Shown piece by piece: positions 1 to 8,634 of a stretch of DNA of 32,000 nt (its first letter is position 1; every line of letters begins with the position of its first letter). The position numbers and the translations under genes are program-made. The notes below the pieces were generated by a model. The model was not told the DNA's origin and ran no database searches. It worked only from the letters and a program-made list of their open reading frames with translations. This stretch comes from Microthrixaceae bacterium (GTDB taxonomy: Bacteria; Actinomycetota; Acidimicrobiia; Acidimicrobiales; Microtrichaceae), in contig JAMLGJ010000013.1 of assembly GCA_023958095.1 (NCBI GenBank), positions 18,244 to 50,243 of the forward strand, read 5' to 3'.

Positions 1-248
1 CCCAGGAACGCGACCGCGCCGGGGTTCCACATCCACAGGGCGGCCAGGCCCGCCACCACGGCCCCTGCACGCACCGCGTGCCACTCGTGGGTGCGGCCCT
101 CCGCGCGCCCGGCACGCTTCCAGCGGTGCACCCACCGCACGGGTGCGGGGTCGGCGCGCAGCACCTCGACCTCCGGCCTCGCGGATGCCGGGGTGGGGTG
201 CGACGGGGTGGCCGGGGTGGATTCCTCGATCGTGGTCGTCTCTGTCAC
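1..248 (-). CDS. hypothetical protein, N-terminal fragment with a hydrophobic segment; the gene runs off the left edge
   Basis: Absent from the ORF track because it is open at the window edge. Manual translation of the minus strand from GTG 248 gives VTETTTIEESTPATPSHPTPASARPEVEVLRADPAPVRWVHRWKRAGRAEGRTHEWHAVRAGAVVAGLAALWMWNPGAVAFL. There is no stop down to position 3 and third positions are almost all G/C. The start codon is tentative. Confidence 0.5.
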   Translation of the reverse strand, partial: MTETTTIEESTPATPSHPTPASARPEVEVLRADPAPVRWVHRWKRAGRAEGRTHEWHAVRAGAVVAGLAALWMWNPGAVAFL

Positions 249-459
249 TGTCCTGAGTGTCCCATCGCAAGGCTTCGTCGTGTGGCTCCGACTGCTGGGT
301 CGATGTACCCGGTGCGTGTCGGTGCGCTCCACCCCATGGACGTGCGGGGCCGGCCGGTGTCGCGCGAATGGCGACAACGGCCCAGTGGGGTGGGCCCGGC
401 TCTGGGGGATCTACCCCTCGGGCACCCCGACGCCCGGCCCCGTATCCTGCGGAGCCCGG

Positions 460-1263
460 ATGACGATCGGAGCGGACATGGACGGTGAACCCACAGGGGG
501 AGGGCCGACGGCGGATCCGGCCAACGAGGCCGCGCCCACCGATGGGGTCGCGGTGAGCGACGGCGCGGCGGTGGCCAACGAGAGGGCTCCGGAGGGTGAC
601 CGCTCCTTCGGCGCGATCTCGGATCGTCTCGACATGAGCCTGCGCGAGGCGATGTCGACCCAGAGGGCGGTCAGGAAGGTGTTGCCCGACGAGGTCGACG
701 ACGAGGTGGTCCTGGCCTGCATCGAACTGGCGTTGAGGGCACCCACCGGCTCCAACGGCCAGAACTGGGAGTTCGTCGTGGTGCGTGACGCCGCCACCAA
801 GGCCGCCTTCGCCCGGCAGTACCGCAAGGCATGGAAGCTCTACGGAGGTGTGGGCGAACGCATTGCGGCACGCAACCCGTCGATGGCGAAGATCATGCGG
901 GCGGTGCGCTGGCAGGTGGACCACTTCGAGGAGATCCCGGTGGTGGTCGTGCCCTGCCTCGTGGGGGCGAACCGCTTCGCCCCGCTCAGCCTCGCCCAGT
1001 CGAGCCACTACGGTTCGATCTACCCGAGCGTGCAGAACCTCCTCCTGGCCGCCAGGGCCATGGGCCTCGGTGCCTCACTCATCACGTTGCCGCTGTGGAA
1101 CCCGCGTCGGGCCCGCAGGTTGCTGGGCCTGCCCTTCGGGGTGCAGCCCATCTGCATGGTGCCCCTCGGCTGGCCGCGTGGACGCTACGGTCCGACGACC
1201 CGCAAGCCGGTGGGCGAGGTGGTGCACCTGGACCGGTTCGGCAATCGCCGGTGGAAGGCGTGA
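460..1263 (+). CDS. nitroreductase family protein with an acidic low-complexity N-terminal extension
   Basis: Same frame as track ORF 91..1263. Nitroreductase-type blocks are present: RAVRKVLPDEV, LRAPTGSNGQNWEFVVVRD, YPSVQNLLLAARAMGLGA, CMVPLGWP. The 5' part of the long ORF is Arg/Cys-rich and looks non-coding, so I place the start at in-frame ATG 460 (MTIGADMDG); ATG 478 is an alternative. Confidence 0.8.
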   Translation: MTIGADMDGEPTGGGPTADPANEAAPTDGVAVSDGAAVANERAPEGDRSFGAISDRLDMSLREAMSTQRAVRKVLPDEVDDEVVLACIELALRAPTGSNGQNWEFVVVRDAATKAAFARQYRKAWKLYGGVGERIAARNPSMAKIMRAVRWQVDHFEEIPVVVVPCLVGANRFAPLSLAQSSHYGSIYPSVQNLLLAARAMGLGASLITLPLWNPRRARRLLGLPFGVQPICMVPLGWPRGRYGPTTRKPVGEVVHLDRFGNRRWKA

Positions 1264-2366
1264 CACTTCGGCTCGGCATCTACACCGACGCTGACGTGCG
1301 AGGGGGTGCCGAAGCGGCGATCACCGCGTTCGTGGCCCGCTACCCGGAAGACTTCGAGGTGACCGTGATGGGTCCCGACGAGGAGGTGGTGAGGTCCATC
1401 GCGGCCGCCCGGTCAGGTGCGCGCTACGCGGTGCTGCCCACGATCACGGACCGCCGGGACCTGCGCGCGATGGCGGCCACCCGAAGGGCGTTCCGCGCCC
1501 TCGATGCCGATGTCATCCACTTCAACTGCTCCACGATGTCGTCGTGCCAGTGGGCGATCCTCGCGGCCGCGACGATCCGCGGCCAGCGCTACGTGGTCAT
1601 GGAGCACTCCCCGGTGGGCACCTGGTCATCGATGTCGAAGCAGCTCAAGAAGCTGACCTCCGCGCGGGCCGCGGCGCACGTGACGGTCGGCCACCGGGCG
1701 GCCCGGAACATCGAGGAGCTGGGAGGCCTTCCCGTCGGGTCGATGCAGGTGATCCACTCCGGGGTGCCACGCATGCAACTCGAAGCTCCGCCCAGCAGGA
1801 GTGACGACTTCACAGTTGGGATGCTCGCTCGCCACGATCCCGCCAAGGGCGTGGACATCGCGATCCGCGTGGTGGCTGCGCTCGGTGCGGGCTTCCGCCT
1901 CGTCGTGGTCGGTGACGGACCGCAGAGGAGCGAACTGGAATCACTCGTGGAGGAACTCGGCGTGCAGGACCGCGTAGAGCTGCGTCCCTTCGACCCGGCA
2001 GCCAGGAACCTGTACCCGAGCTTCGACGTCTACCTGTTGCCATCCAGGTTCGAGGCCTTCCCGGTGACGGTGCAGGAAGCGATGCAGGCGGGTGTGCCGG
2101 TGGTGGCCACCGACGTGGGCAGCATCCGCGAGGCAATTGACGACGGTGAGACCGGCCTGGTCGTGCCGGTCGGGGACCTGGACGCCCTCGAGGGTGCGCT
2201 GCGCTGGATGGCCGGGCACCCCGAGGAGCGCCTGGGGATGGGGGAGCGGGCCCGCGAGGTGGGCCTCGAACGCTTCGATGTGGATCGGGCGGTCGGGCGC
2301 TGGAGCGAGCTGTACCGCAGGGTGGCGGCGGATGCCGGCCACCGGAGGGCGACCCAGGACCGCTAG
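1260..2366 (+). CDS. glycosyltransferase family 4 (GT-B fold) protein
   Basis: In-frame GTG 1260 overlaps the nitroreductase stop (GTGA at 1260-1263). The product starts VTLRLGIYTD. The C-terminal block EAFPVTVQEAMQAGVPVVATDVGSIREAIDDGETGLVVP is typical of GT4 sugar-nucleotide binding. Confidence 0.8.
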   Translation: MTLRLGIYTDADVRGGAEAAITAFVARYPEDFEVTVMGPDEEVVRSIAAARSGARYAVLPTITDRRDLRAMAATRRAFRALDADVIHFNCSTMSSCQWAILAAATIRGQRYVVMEHSPVGTWSSMSKQLKKLTSARAAAHVTVGHRAARNIEELGGLPVGSMQVIHSGVPRMQLEAPPSRSDDFTVGMLARHDPAKGVDIAIRVVAALGAGFRLVVVGDGPQRSELESLVEELGVQDRVELRPFDPAARNLYPSFDVYLLPSRFEAFPVTVQEAMQAGVPVVATDVGSIREAIDDGETGLVVPVGDLDALEGALRWMAGHPEERLGMGERAREVGLERFDVDRAVGRWSELYRRVAADAGHRRATQDR

Positions 2367-3148
2367 CCCACGGTCAGCCCGAAGGTGGCCACCGATCCGT
2401 TCTCGTCGGGTTCGTCGCTCGGGGCACACCCATCGGCCGATCCGCTCGTTGCCTCGACGCGGACCTCGTAGTCGCCCGGGGGCAGCTCGGAGCCCGCCAC
2501 GACCAGGAAGCGGCTGGTCGAGTCGGTGGTCGCCACGGGTGCCCCCGAGGGCGGGGTTGCCACCGCGGCGCATCCGACCACGGCCCCGCCGGGCTCACCC
2601 AGGATCGCCTCGGTGGCGGATGCCTCGGTTCCCGGGGCCGCCGGGGCAGCACACGCGTGGGTGTCGACCACCGCCGGGCCGGTGAACGTGACCGTCACGC
2701 AGTGCCGCGCCTCGAGCCCCTCGCTGCTCGGTGTGGCGGGGTCGTGCAGCACCAGTTCAACCAGGGCCGACTCCGAGGCCGACGCGCTCACCTCGACCGG
2801 GCCCTGCAGGGCGACCTCGATGCCCGACCCGCCGGCGTCGCCGGAGGTCCCCTCGTCGTCGCTGGAGTCCTCGGATTCGTCCGCACCCGATCCCGTGTCG
2901 TCGGAGCCGGAGTCCGGGAGCGCGGTTATGTCGACCGCGTCGCCGGGGGTCGTGGAGCCCTCGTCGTCGCCACCGGCGCTCACGATCACCACGGCGGCCA
3001 CCACCCCGAGTCCGACTGCCGCGAGGGCTGCGAGGAACCTGCCACCCAGGAGACCCTTGTGGCGCTCTGGCTCCGGGGAGCCCGACGCGGTCCCAGGGTG
3101 GCTGTCGGGGCCCCCGTCGGGGGCGGCAGGGTTGCTCGGATCACCCAT
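2363..3148 (-). CDS. hypothetical membrane-anchored protein with an acidic Asp/Ser/Gly-rich linker and a Cys-containing C-terminal domain
   Basis: Track ORF 2363..3181. The internal ATG at 3148 (MGDPSN) has a GGAGG box 5 nt upstream (complement of 3154-3158). There is one TM segment (FLAALAAVGLGVVAAVVIVSA), then DDEGSTTPGD...SEDSSDDEGTSGD, then a domain with four Cys. No family recognised. Confidence 0.6.
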   Translation of the reverse strand: MGDPSNPAAPDGGPDSHPGTASGSPEPERHKGLLGGRFLAALAAVGLGVVAAVVIVSAGGDDEGSTTPGDAVDITALPDSGSDDTGSGADESEDSSDDEGTSGDAGGSGIEVALQGPVEVSASASESALVELVLHDPATPSSEGLEARHCVTVTFTGPAVVDTHACAAPAAPGTEASATEAILGEPGGAVVGCAAVATPPSGAPVATTDSTSRFLVVAGSELPPGDYEVRVEATSGSADGCAPSDEPDENGSVATFGLTVG

Positions 3149-3281
3149 GGTGACCTCCGTGTGTCGTGTGGCTGTGGGCACGTTGGCCCTGTGTGGAACC
3201 TACGGCCTGGTGTCGAACCTACTCCCGGTGCGCCGGTTGCTCGCTGGGCAAACCTGCTCCCGGGAAGGTTTGCCCACGCGC

Positions 3282-3812
3282 GTGGCGCAATCCGTCGCTG
3301 GGTACGCTCCGGAGGTGACACTTCTGGACGCGCTGTACTGGGTGTGCGCGCTGGTGCTGGTGGTCTCCGGTGCGTCCAAGCTGCGCGATGCCAGCAGCAC
3401 GCGCGCAACGATGTCGTCGCTCGGCCTCCCCCATGGAGCCGTGACCGGCCACCTGGTGGCCGTGACGGAGGTGCTGCTCGGGGCCGGAGCGCTCATGGCC
3501 GCACCGGGACCGCTCGCAATCCTGTTGGCGGTGCTGGTGGCCGCGACGTACGCGGCCTTCGCGCTGGTGGTCCTCGCGGCGATGCGGGCCGGTCTGCAGG
3601 ACTGCGGTTGCATCGGCGTGCGGCCGGTCCGCCCGAGTGGTCGTCACGTGGCGTTCAACCTCGCCGCGGCCCTGGTGGCCGTGGCCACGGCGCTGCAGGG
3701 GCCGGTGGACCTGGTCGGTGGACTAGGGGAGCTCCCGCTGCCGGCTGCGGTGGCCTCGGGGGCGGTGGTGGCCGTTGCCGCCGGTGCCGCCGTGGCACTG
3801 CCGGGGCGTTGA
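3282..3812 (+). CDS. MauE/DoxX-like integral membrane protein
   Basis: This is the C-terminal part of track ORF 2526..3812. It has four hydrophobic segments and the DCGCIG motif typical of MauE-type proteins. The N-terminal 250 codons of the long ORF are antisense to the 2363..3148 gene and are rejected. The start is uncertain: GTG 3282 (GGGAAGG 11 nt upstream) or GTG 3315. Confidence 0.6.
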   Translation: MAQSVAGYAPEVTLLDALYWVCALVLVVSGASKLRDASSTRATMSSLGLPHGAVTGHLVAVTEVLLGAGALMAAPGPLAILLAVLVAATYAAFALVVLAAMRAGLQDCGCIGVRPVRPSGRHVAFNLAAALVAVATALQGPVDLVGGLGELPLPAAVASGAVVAVAAGAAVALPGR

Positions 3813-3883
3813 AGCGCCGGGTCCCGTCGAGTGGGTTCGACCCCGGCATCCGGGTCGACGGGGATCTGGAAGGATGTCGATCC

Positions 3884-4822
3884 GTGGAGATCGTTCTCGG
3901 GGTCGATTCCCTGCGCAGGTCGTTCGGGGAGCGTGTGGCGGTGGACGGCGTCGGCTTCACGATCGGCTCCGGTGAGACCTATGGCCTGCTCGGACCGAAC
4001 GGTGCGGGCAAGACCACGACGATCTCGATGGTCTGTGGGCTCCTGCAGCCCGACGAGGGGCGCGTCGAGGTCCTCGGTTCGCCGATGGGTCTCGACCGGT
4101 GCGAGGCCAAGTCGCACGTCGGCCTGGTCCCACAGGAGGTCGCCCTCTACGGCGACCTGACGGGCAGGGAGAACCTCGAGCTGTTCGGCCGCCTCCAGGG
4201 CCTCGCCGGTGGGGAGCTCTCCACGAGGGTGGACGCGGTGCTCGAGCTCATGGGACTCACCGAGCGCGGCGGTGACCGTGTGGAGGAGTACTCCGGGGGC
4301 ATGAAGCGCCGCTGCAACATCGGCGCCGCCCTTCTGCACCACCCCGCGCTGTTGATCCTCGACGAACCGACGGTGGGGGTGGACCCGCAGTCGCGCAACG
4401 CCATCCTCGCCGGCATCGAGGACCTGCAGGCCGAGGGGATGGCGGTGCTCTACACGACCCACTACATGGAGGAGGCCCAGCGTCTCTGTGACCGCATCGC
4501 GGTGATGGACTCCGGCTCGATCGTCGCCGAGGGGACCACCGCGGAGCTCGTGTCGCTGGTCGGCACCCATCCGGTGGTGCGCCTCAGCGGGGAGGGGCCA
4601 CTCGGAGCGTTCACCTCCGCCGCCGGCGAGCTTCCGGGCGTGCTGGGGGCGACCCTCGCCGACGGGCGGGTCGACGTGGTCGCCGATGTCTCCGCAGAAC
4701 TGCTGTCGGGGCTGCTCGACCTCGCCGCGCGCAGCGACGTGGTGGTTTCCGGTGTGCAGGTGGACTCCCCGGACCTGGAGGACGTGTTCCTCCACGTGAC
4801 GGGCAGGGCGCTGCGTGACTGA
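3884..4822 (+). CDS. ABC transporter ATP-binding protein (ABC-2/DrrA-like subfamily)
   Basis: Walker A GPNGAGKTT, signature YSGGMKRR and Walker B LLILDEPT are present. The start is GTG 3884, in frame with track ORF 2657..4822, with GGAAGGA about 10 nt upstream. Confidence 0.9.
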   Translation: MEIVLGVDSLRRSFGERVAVDGVGFTIGSGETYGLLGPNGAGKTTTISMVCGLLQPDEGRVEVLGSPMGLDRCEAKSHVGLVPQEVALYGDLTGRENLELFGRLQGLAGGELSTRVDAVLELMGLTERGGDRVEEYSGGMKRRCNIGAALLHHPALLILDEPTVGVDPQSRNAILAGIEDLQAEGMAVLYTTHYMEEAQRLCDRIAVMDSGSIVAEGTTAELVSLVGTHPVVRLSGEGPLGAFTSAAGELPGVLGATLADGRVDVVADVSAELLSGLLDLAARSDVVVSGVQVDSPDLEDVFLHVTGRALRD

Positions 4823-4904
4823 GCAGCGCCCGTGGGTGGAGGGCTGCGTGACTGAGCAGCGCCCGTGGGTGGAGGGCTGCGTGACTGAGCAGCACCCGGG
4901 GGTG
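4811..4904. repeat. 33-bp tandem repeat: two perfect copies plus a degenerate third, each copy containing the ABC ATPase stop codon
   Basis: The unit ctgcgtgactgagcagcgcccgtgggtggaggg at 4811-4843 is repeated exactly at 4844-4876. A third copy from 4877 matches for 17 nt and then diverges. The unit starts at the codons L-R-D-stop of the upstream gene. Confidence 0.95.
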
Positions 4905-4945
4905 CCGTGCTGGGTGACCGGGCTGCGCTCGGCCCGGGTTGTTGG

Positions 4946-6124
4946 ATGAGGAGCGCGTACGTCCTGGCCCTGAACGGGATCAGGCGCGGCATCAGGAACC
5001 GCACGGTTGTGCTCATGGGGGTCGTCGGCCCTCTGGTGCTGGGTGGTGTGCTGGCGCTCGCCTTCGGTGGCTCGGGTCCGGAGATCCGCATCGGCGTGGT
5101 CGACCTCGACTCATCGCAGCTCTCCGCGGAGGTCTCGGCCGGCCTGGTGGGCGCGTTCGAGGATCCGGAGGGCGACGGTGGGGTCGTGCTCACCATGGAG
5201 GGTGCCGTCGACTCGATCGAGGGGGCCCGGCGTCTCGTGGCCGACGAGGAGGTGGGTGCCGTCGTTGCAATTCCCCCGGGCTACGGCGCGTCGTTGGGAG
5301 GGGGTGTGGCCACCCCCGATGCTGCGCCGGAGGACCTTGTGGTCGTGGCCGCGGCTGACGATGCGGTCGCATCCGCGGTCGCGGTGTCGCTTGCCCGATC
5401 GGTGGCGGGACGGGCCGACCTCCAGCGAGCGGTCCTGCGCGCTCTGGTCGACTCCGGCGGCGACGCCGGGTCCTTCGACGCCGATGGGCTCGAGCAGGTG
5501 GTTCGCGCCGAGATGTCGGGGTACTCCGGTGACTTCGATGCACCGATGTTCCTCGGGCCGCTCGCGGTGTTCCTCTTCCTCGGGCTGTCGGTGAGCGCCA
5601 AGTCCCTGGTGCGCGACGAACAGGTCGGAATCCTCGACCGTGTGCGTGCATCGCCGTTGTCGAGCTGGTCGGTCGTCGCCGGGTCGGCGGGGTCGGTCAT
5701 GGTCACCGGGATGCTGGCGGCGTCACTGGTGGTGGTGCTCTCGAGCCTCGTGTTCGGAGCCGAGTGGGGCGATCCACTCGATGTGGCCGTGGTGCTGTTC
5801 GCGTTCGTGGCGTCCGTGGCGGGACTGCTCGGGCTGGTCGCCGGTGTCGCCAGGACCGAACAGCAGGCCGACTCGTGGACCAACCTGATGGCCTTCGGCT
5901 TCGCCGTCATCGGTGGTTCCTTCTTCGGTGGTGCCCTGCTGCCGGGTGTGCTCGGTTTCGTCGGTTCGTTGACCCCGAACGGGGCGGCGATGCTCGCGCT
6001 GATGGATGCCGGTCCGGGCGGCGAGGGTCTGGCCGGGGTGTGGCCCCTGGTCGCCTGGATGCTCCTGGTCGGCGTGCTGGGTGTGTTCGCCGGGGGTGTG
6101 CTGATGCGGAGGCGGTTGCGGTGA
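4946..6124 (+). CDS. ABC-2 type transporter permease
   Basis: Same frame as track ORF 4907..6124, with ATG 4946 (MRSAYVLALNGIRRGIRNRTVVL). It has an N-terminal TM segment, a roughly 170-aa extracytoplasmic segment and then a cluster of C-terminal TM helices, as in ABC-2 permeases. Confidence 0.8.
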   Translation: MRSAYVLALNGIRRGIRNRTVVLMGVVGPLVLGGVLALAFGGSGPEIRIGVVDLDSSQLSAEVSAGLVGAFEDPEGDGGVVLTMEGAVDSIEGARRLVADEEVGAVVAIPPGYGASLGGGVATPDAAPEDLVVVAAADDAVASAVAVSLARSVAGRADLQRAVLRALVDSGGDAGSFDADGLEQVVRAEMSGYSGDFDAPMFLGPLAVFLFLGLSVSAKSLVRDEQVGILDRVRASPLSSWSVVAGSAGSVMVTGMLAASLVVVLSSLVFGAEWGDPLDVAVVLFAFVASVAGLLGLVAGVARTEQQADSWTNLMAFGFAVIGGSFFGGALLPGVLGFVGSLTPNGAAMLALMDAGPGGEGLAGVWPLVAWMLLVGVLGVFAGGVLMRRRLR

Positions 6125-7272
6125 TGCGCAACGTGTCCACGATTGCCGCGCTGGACATGCGGCGACTCGGCAGGGACCGCCTCGCCCTGTTCTTCATCTT
6201 CGTGCTCCCGTTCGTGCTGATCACGGTGATCGGTTCGCTGAACTCCGGGGGTGAACTCGATGCGAGCGTCGTGGTGATCGACCGCGACGGTGGTGCCACC
6301 GCCGAGCAGCTGACCGGTGCACTGGCCGAGGTCGAGGGGATCGAACTGCTCGGGGACCAGGCTCTCGGCACCGCCGAGCGCAACCTGCGCACCGGCCAGC
6401 TCGGGGGAATCGTGGTGATCCCCGATGGTTTCGCCGATGATCTCGCGGCCGGCGACGCCACCGTGTCGGTCACCACGTCGCCCACGGGTCGCGCCTCGGC
6501 CCTCGTCGACGCAGCGGTCTCCGATGCGATCGACCAGGTGGGCAGGGAGCTGACGGTGCAGCGTGTGCTGGAGCGCAGCGGTGTCGACGAGCCGGCGGAC
6601 CGTGCGGCCCGTGCAGTCGCCGAGGTGGGTGCCTCCGGAGTGCGCACACAGGTCGTGGGGTCGGGTTCGGAGCTGTCCGCGTTCGCCTGGGCGGCAGGCG
6701 GCCAGATGATCCTGTTCATGTTCGTCAACGCCCTTGCAGCGGCTTCGATGTTCATCGAGATGCGCCGCCTGGGCGTGCTGGAGCGCATCCGTTCCGGTCC
6801 CGTGGCCTCCTCGGAGGTGATCTTCGGCCTCGCTCTGTCGCGGTTCCTGCTGGCATGCACGCTGGCTGGGTTGATCCTCGCGTTCTCCAGCCTGATCTAC
6901 GACGTCTCGTGGGGCTCCCCGGTCGTGGTCGCCTCGGTGGTGGTCCTCTTCGGGCTCGTTTCCGCGGCCGCGAGCAGCCTCATCGGTTCGCTGTTCGACG
7001 AACCCGACGCGGCGGTGAGCGTCGGCATACCGGTGGGGCTCGGCATGGCTGCACTCGGGGGCTGCATGTTCCCGCTGTTCCTCGCCCCGACAGGGATGCA
7101 GGTGGCGGCCAAGGTGCTGACCCCGCACGCGTGGGCGGTCACCGCCCTGATGGATTCCTCGTTCGAGGGTGCGGGCTTCACCGAGTTGTGGCCCAACCTG
7201 GTGGTGTTGGCGCTCTGGGCGGCCGTGCTGGCCGTCGCGGCGTGGTCGGTCAGCAGGCGCTTCGGGCGCTGA
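6124..7272 (+). CDS. ABC-2 type transporter permease (second subunit)
   Basis: ATG 6124 overlaps the previous stop (TGATG at 6122-6126). The product starts MRNVSTIAALDMRRLGRDRLALFFIFVLPFVL and has the same architecture as the preceding permease. Confidence 0.8.
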   Translation: MRNVSTIAALDMRRLGRDRLALFFIFVLPFVLITVIGSLNSGGELDASVVVIDRDGGATAEQLTGALAEVEGIELLGDQALGTAERNLRTGQLGGIVVIPDGFADDLAAGDATVSVTTSPTGRASALVDAAVSDAIDQVGRELTVQRVLERSGVDEPADRAARAVAEVGASGVRTQVVGSGSELSAFAWAAGGQMILFMFVNALAAASMFIEMRRLGVLERIRSGPVASSEVIFGLALSRFLLACTLAGLILAFSSLIYDVSWGSPVVVASVVVLFGLVSAAASSLIGSLFDEPDAAVSVGIPVGLGMAALGGCMFPLFLAPTGMQVAAKVLTPHAWAVTALMDSSFEGAGFTELWPNLVVLALWAAVLAVAAWSVSRRFGR

Positions 7273-7299
7273 GGCCGGAGGTCACCTAGCGGTCTGCGG

Positions 7300-7731
7300 T
7301 CAGCCCAGGATGGAGCCGAGGTCGATCACCAGGAGTGCGGACAGCAGCCCGATGACCGAGACGTTGATGAAGCTGATCGCCCACTTCCACGGGTGGTCGG
7401 CGCGCCAGAAACGGCGGATCGATGCGATGTTGAACCCGATCGCGACCACGCTGATCACGACCCCGATCCAGGGTCCGAGCCAGTCGGTCAGACCGAACAG
7501 CGGAAGGATCCACGGGAACACCACGTATGCCAGCACGCAGCGGATGCCCGAGATCAGCACCGAGGTGCTGAACACCCGCGCCGCGGACTCCTGGGCGTCC
7601 GGGTCGGTGGCTGCGCCGTGGTCAACCGGACATTCAGCGCCTGCGAGCCCTCCGAGCACCGGTACGGGGCAGCTCTGGGCGGTCTCGGTTCCGGCGTCCA
7701 GCGCGGTCTCGCTCATGCGGGTGTCGGCCAT
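7300..7731 (-). CDS. hypothetical small integral membrane protein
   Basis: This is the 3' part of track ORF 7300..8298, starting at ATG 7731 (MADTRMSETALD). It has three hydrophobic segments (VFSTSVLISGIRCVLAYVVFPWILPLF, WIGVVISVVAIGFNIA, ISFINVSVIGLLSALLVI). The upstream part of the long ORF runs through the tRNA gene and is rejected. Confidence 0.6.
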   Translation of the reverse strand: MADTRMSETALDAGTETAQSCPVPVLGGLAGAECPVDHGAATDPDAQESAARVFSTSVLISGIRCVLAYVVFPWILPLFGLTDWLGPWIGVVISVVAIGFNIASIRRFWRADHPWKWAISFINVSVIGLLSALLVIDLGSILG

Positions 7732-7826
7732 GGTCTGACCAGTCTCGCGCCAATCGGGCACGTCGGTGCAATGCGGTGACCCTGTTCCCGGGTTCGTGCC
7801 ACGGGAGTGACAGGTCCCCGCTGCAG

Positions 7827-7902
7827 TGGTGGGCCCCGTGGGGATCGAACCCACGACCGATGGATTAAAAGTCCACTGCTCTACCAACTGAGCTAGAGGC
7901 CC
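7827..7902 (-). tRNA. tRNA-Lys (anticodon UUU), CCA encoded
   Basis: The reverse complement GGGCCTCTAGCTCAGTTGGTAGAGCAGTGGACTTTTAATCCATCGGTCGTGGGTTCGATCCCCACGGGGCCCACCA folds by hand as a cloverleaf. It has a 7-bp acceptor stem, a GCTC/GAGC D stem, a GTGGA/TCCAT anticodon stem with loop CTTTTAA, and a GTGGG/CCCAC T stem with TTCGATC. Confidence 0.95.
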
Positions 7903-8168
7903 GGGACTGCAAGATAACCCGCGAGGCAAAGCGCGAGGCCAAGGGCCGGTGTCAGCCCAGACCCGGAGCCGACATGCCGATGACGCACAACCACGACGGA
8001 GCCCGGAGTTCCGCCGCAGGGCCCGGGCGGCCGAGCGGTCACTGGTCCTGATGTGGGCACCGGACCTGCGACACCGACCGGACCGGCGACACGGACCGGG
8101 CGCGGGGTCGCCGGGTTGTTCGCCGGGTCGGCCCTGACATCGTCGGTGCGCTGTGAGAAGGTCATGGA

Positions 8169-8537
8169 ATGGCCATAACGGGCGTCCACACACTCCTGTA
8201 CAGCTCCGAGCCGGAGGCCTTGCGTGCGGTGCTGCGCGACGTGTTCGGTTGGAAGCACGTCGATGATGGCCAGGGGTGGTTGATCTTCGAACTGCCACCC
8301 TCGGAGATGGGTGTCCATCCCGCGGAGGGGCCCGGCTACGAGGCTGGCGGAGCCGGCCACCAGATCTCGCTCATGTGCGACGACATCGAGTCCGAAGTCG
8401 CCGCACTGCGTTCCAAGGGCGTTGCCATAGACGGCGATCCGGTCGATGAGGGATGGGGGATCACAACCACGATGGAGCTACCCGGTGGTGTGCAGATGAT
8501 GCTCTACCAGCCCCGCCACAACACTCCGCTGGCCTAG
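8169..8537 (+). CDS. VOC (glyoxalase/bleomycin-resistance/dioxygenase) family protein
   Basis: 122-aa ORF. The sequence pattern GVHTLLYSSEPEALRAVLRDVFGW ... GVHPAE ... HQISLMCDDIESEVAALRSKGV ... MLYQPRH is typical of small VOC-fold proteins. Confidence 0.7.
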   Translation: MAITGVHTLLYSSEPEALRAVLRDVFGWKHVDDGQGWLIFELPPSEMGVHPAEGPGYEAGGAGHQISLMCDDIESEVAALRSKGVAIDGDPVDEGWGITTTMELPGGVQMMLYQPRHNTPLA

Positions 8538-8634
8538 CACACTCCCCCGGCGTGGCGGCCCGGGAACTGCGCGCCAGCGCGTCCCGAGGCACCGGGGCCT
8601 GCACGCGCATGTCCAGCGTTCGGTGGGGTCTGGT

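Noticed and set aside
2363-2366. Convergent genes sharing a palindromic CTAG, so that the two stop codons overlap.
   Set aside because: The overlap is real in the sequence, but it is a trivial consequence of TAG being contained in the palindrome CTAG. There is no evidence of functional significance.
2526-3281. The N-terminal 250 codons of the 428-aa ORF that ends as the MauE-like protein.
   Set aside because: This part is Ser/Pro/Ala/Thr-rich and exactly antisense to the better-supported minus-strand gene 2363..3148. Only the hydrophobic C-terminal part looks genuine.
4811-4904. The tandem repeats at 4811-4904 and 21748-21844 as CRISPR arrays.
   Set aside because: The copies are directly adjacent with no spacers, the units are 33 and 22 bp with no palindromic core, and there are no cas genes. 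They are simple tandem duplications.
5281-7128. A 615-aa minus-strand ORF antisense to the two ABC-2 permease genes.
   Set aside because: Its composition is dominated by Arg, Gly, His, Pro and Asp and it has no recognisable domain. The opposite strand encodes well-formed permeases with operon-style junctions. This is the typical shadow ORF of a high-GC genome.
7732-8168. The flanks of tRNA-Lys as a possible integration site for a genomic island or prophage.
   Set aside because: There is no integrase, no duplicated tRNA 3' segment that I could find, and no phage- or plasmid-like genes on either side. The neighbouring genes look like ordinary chromosomal content.
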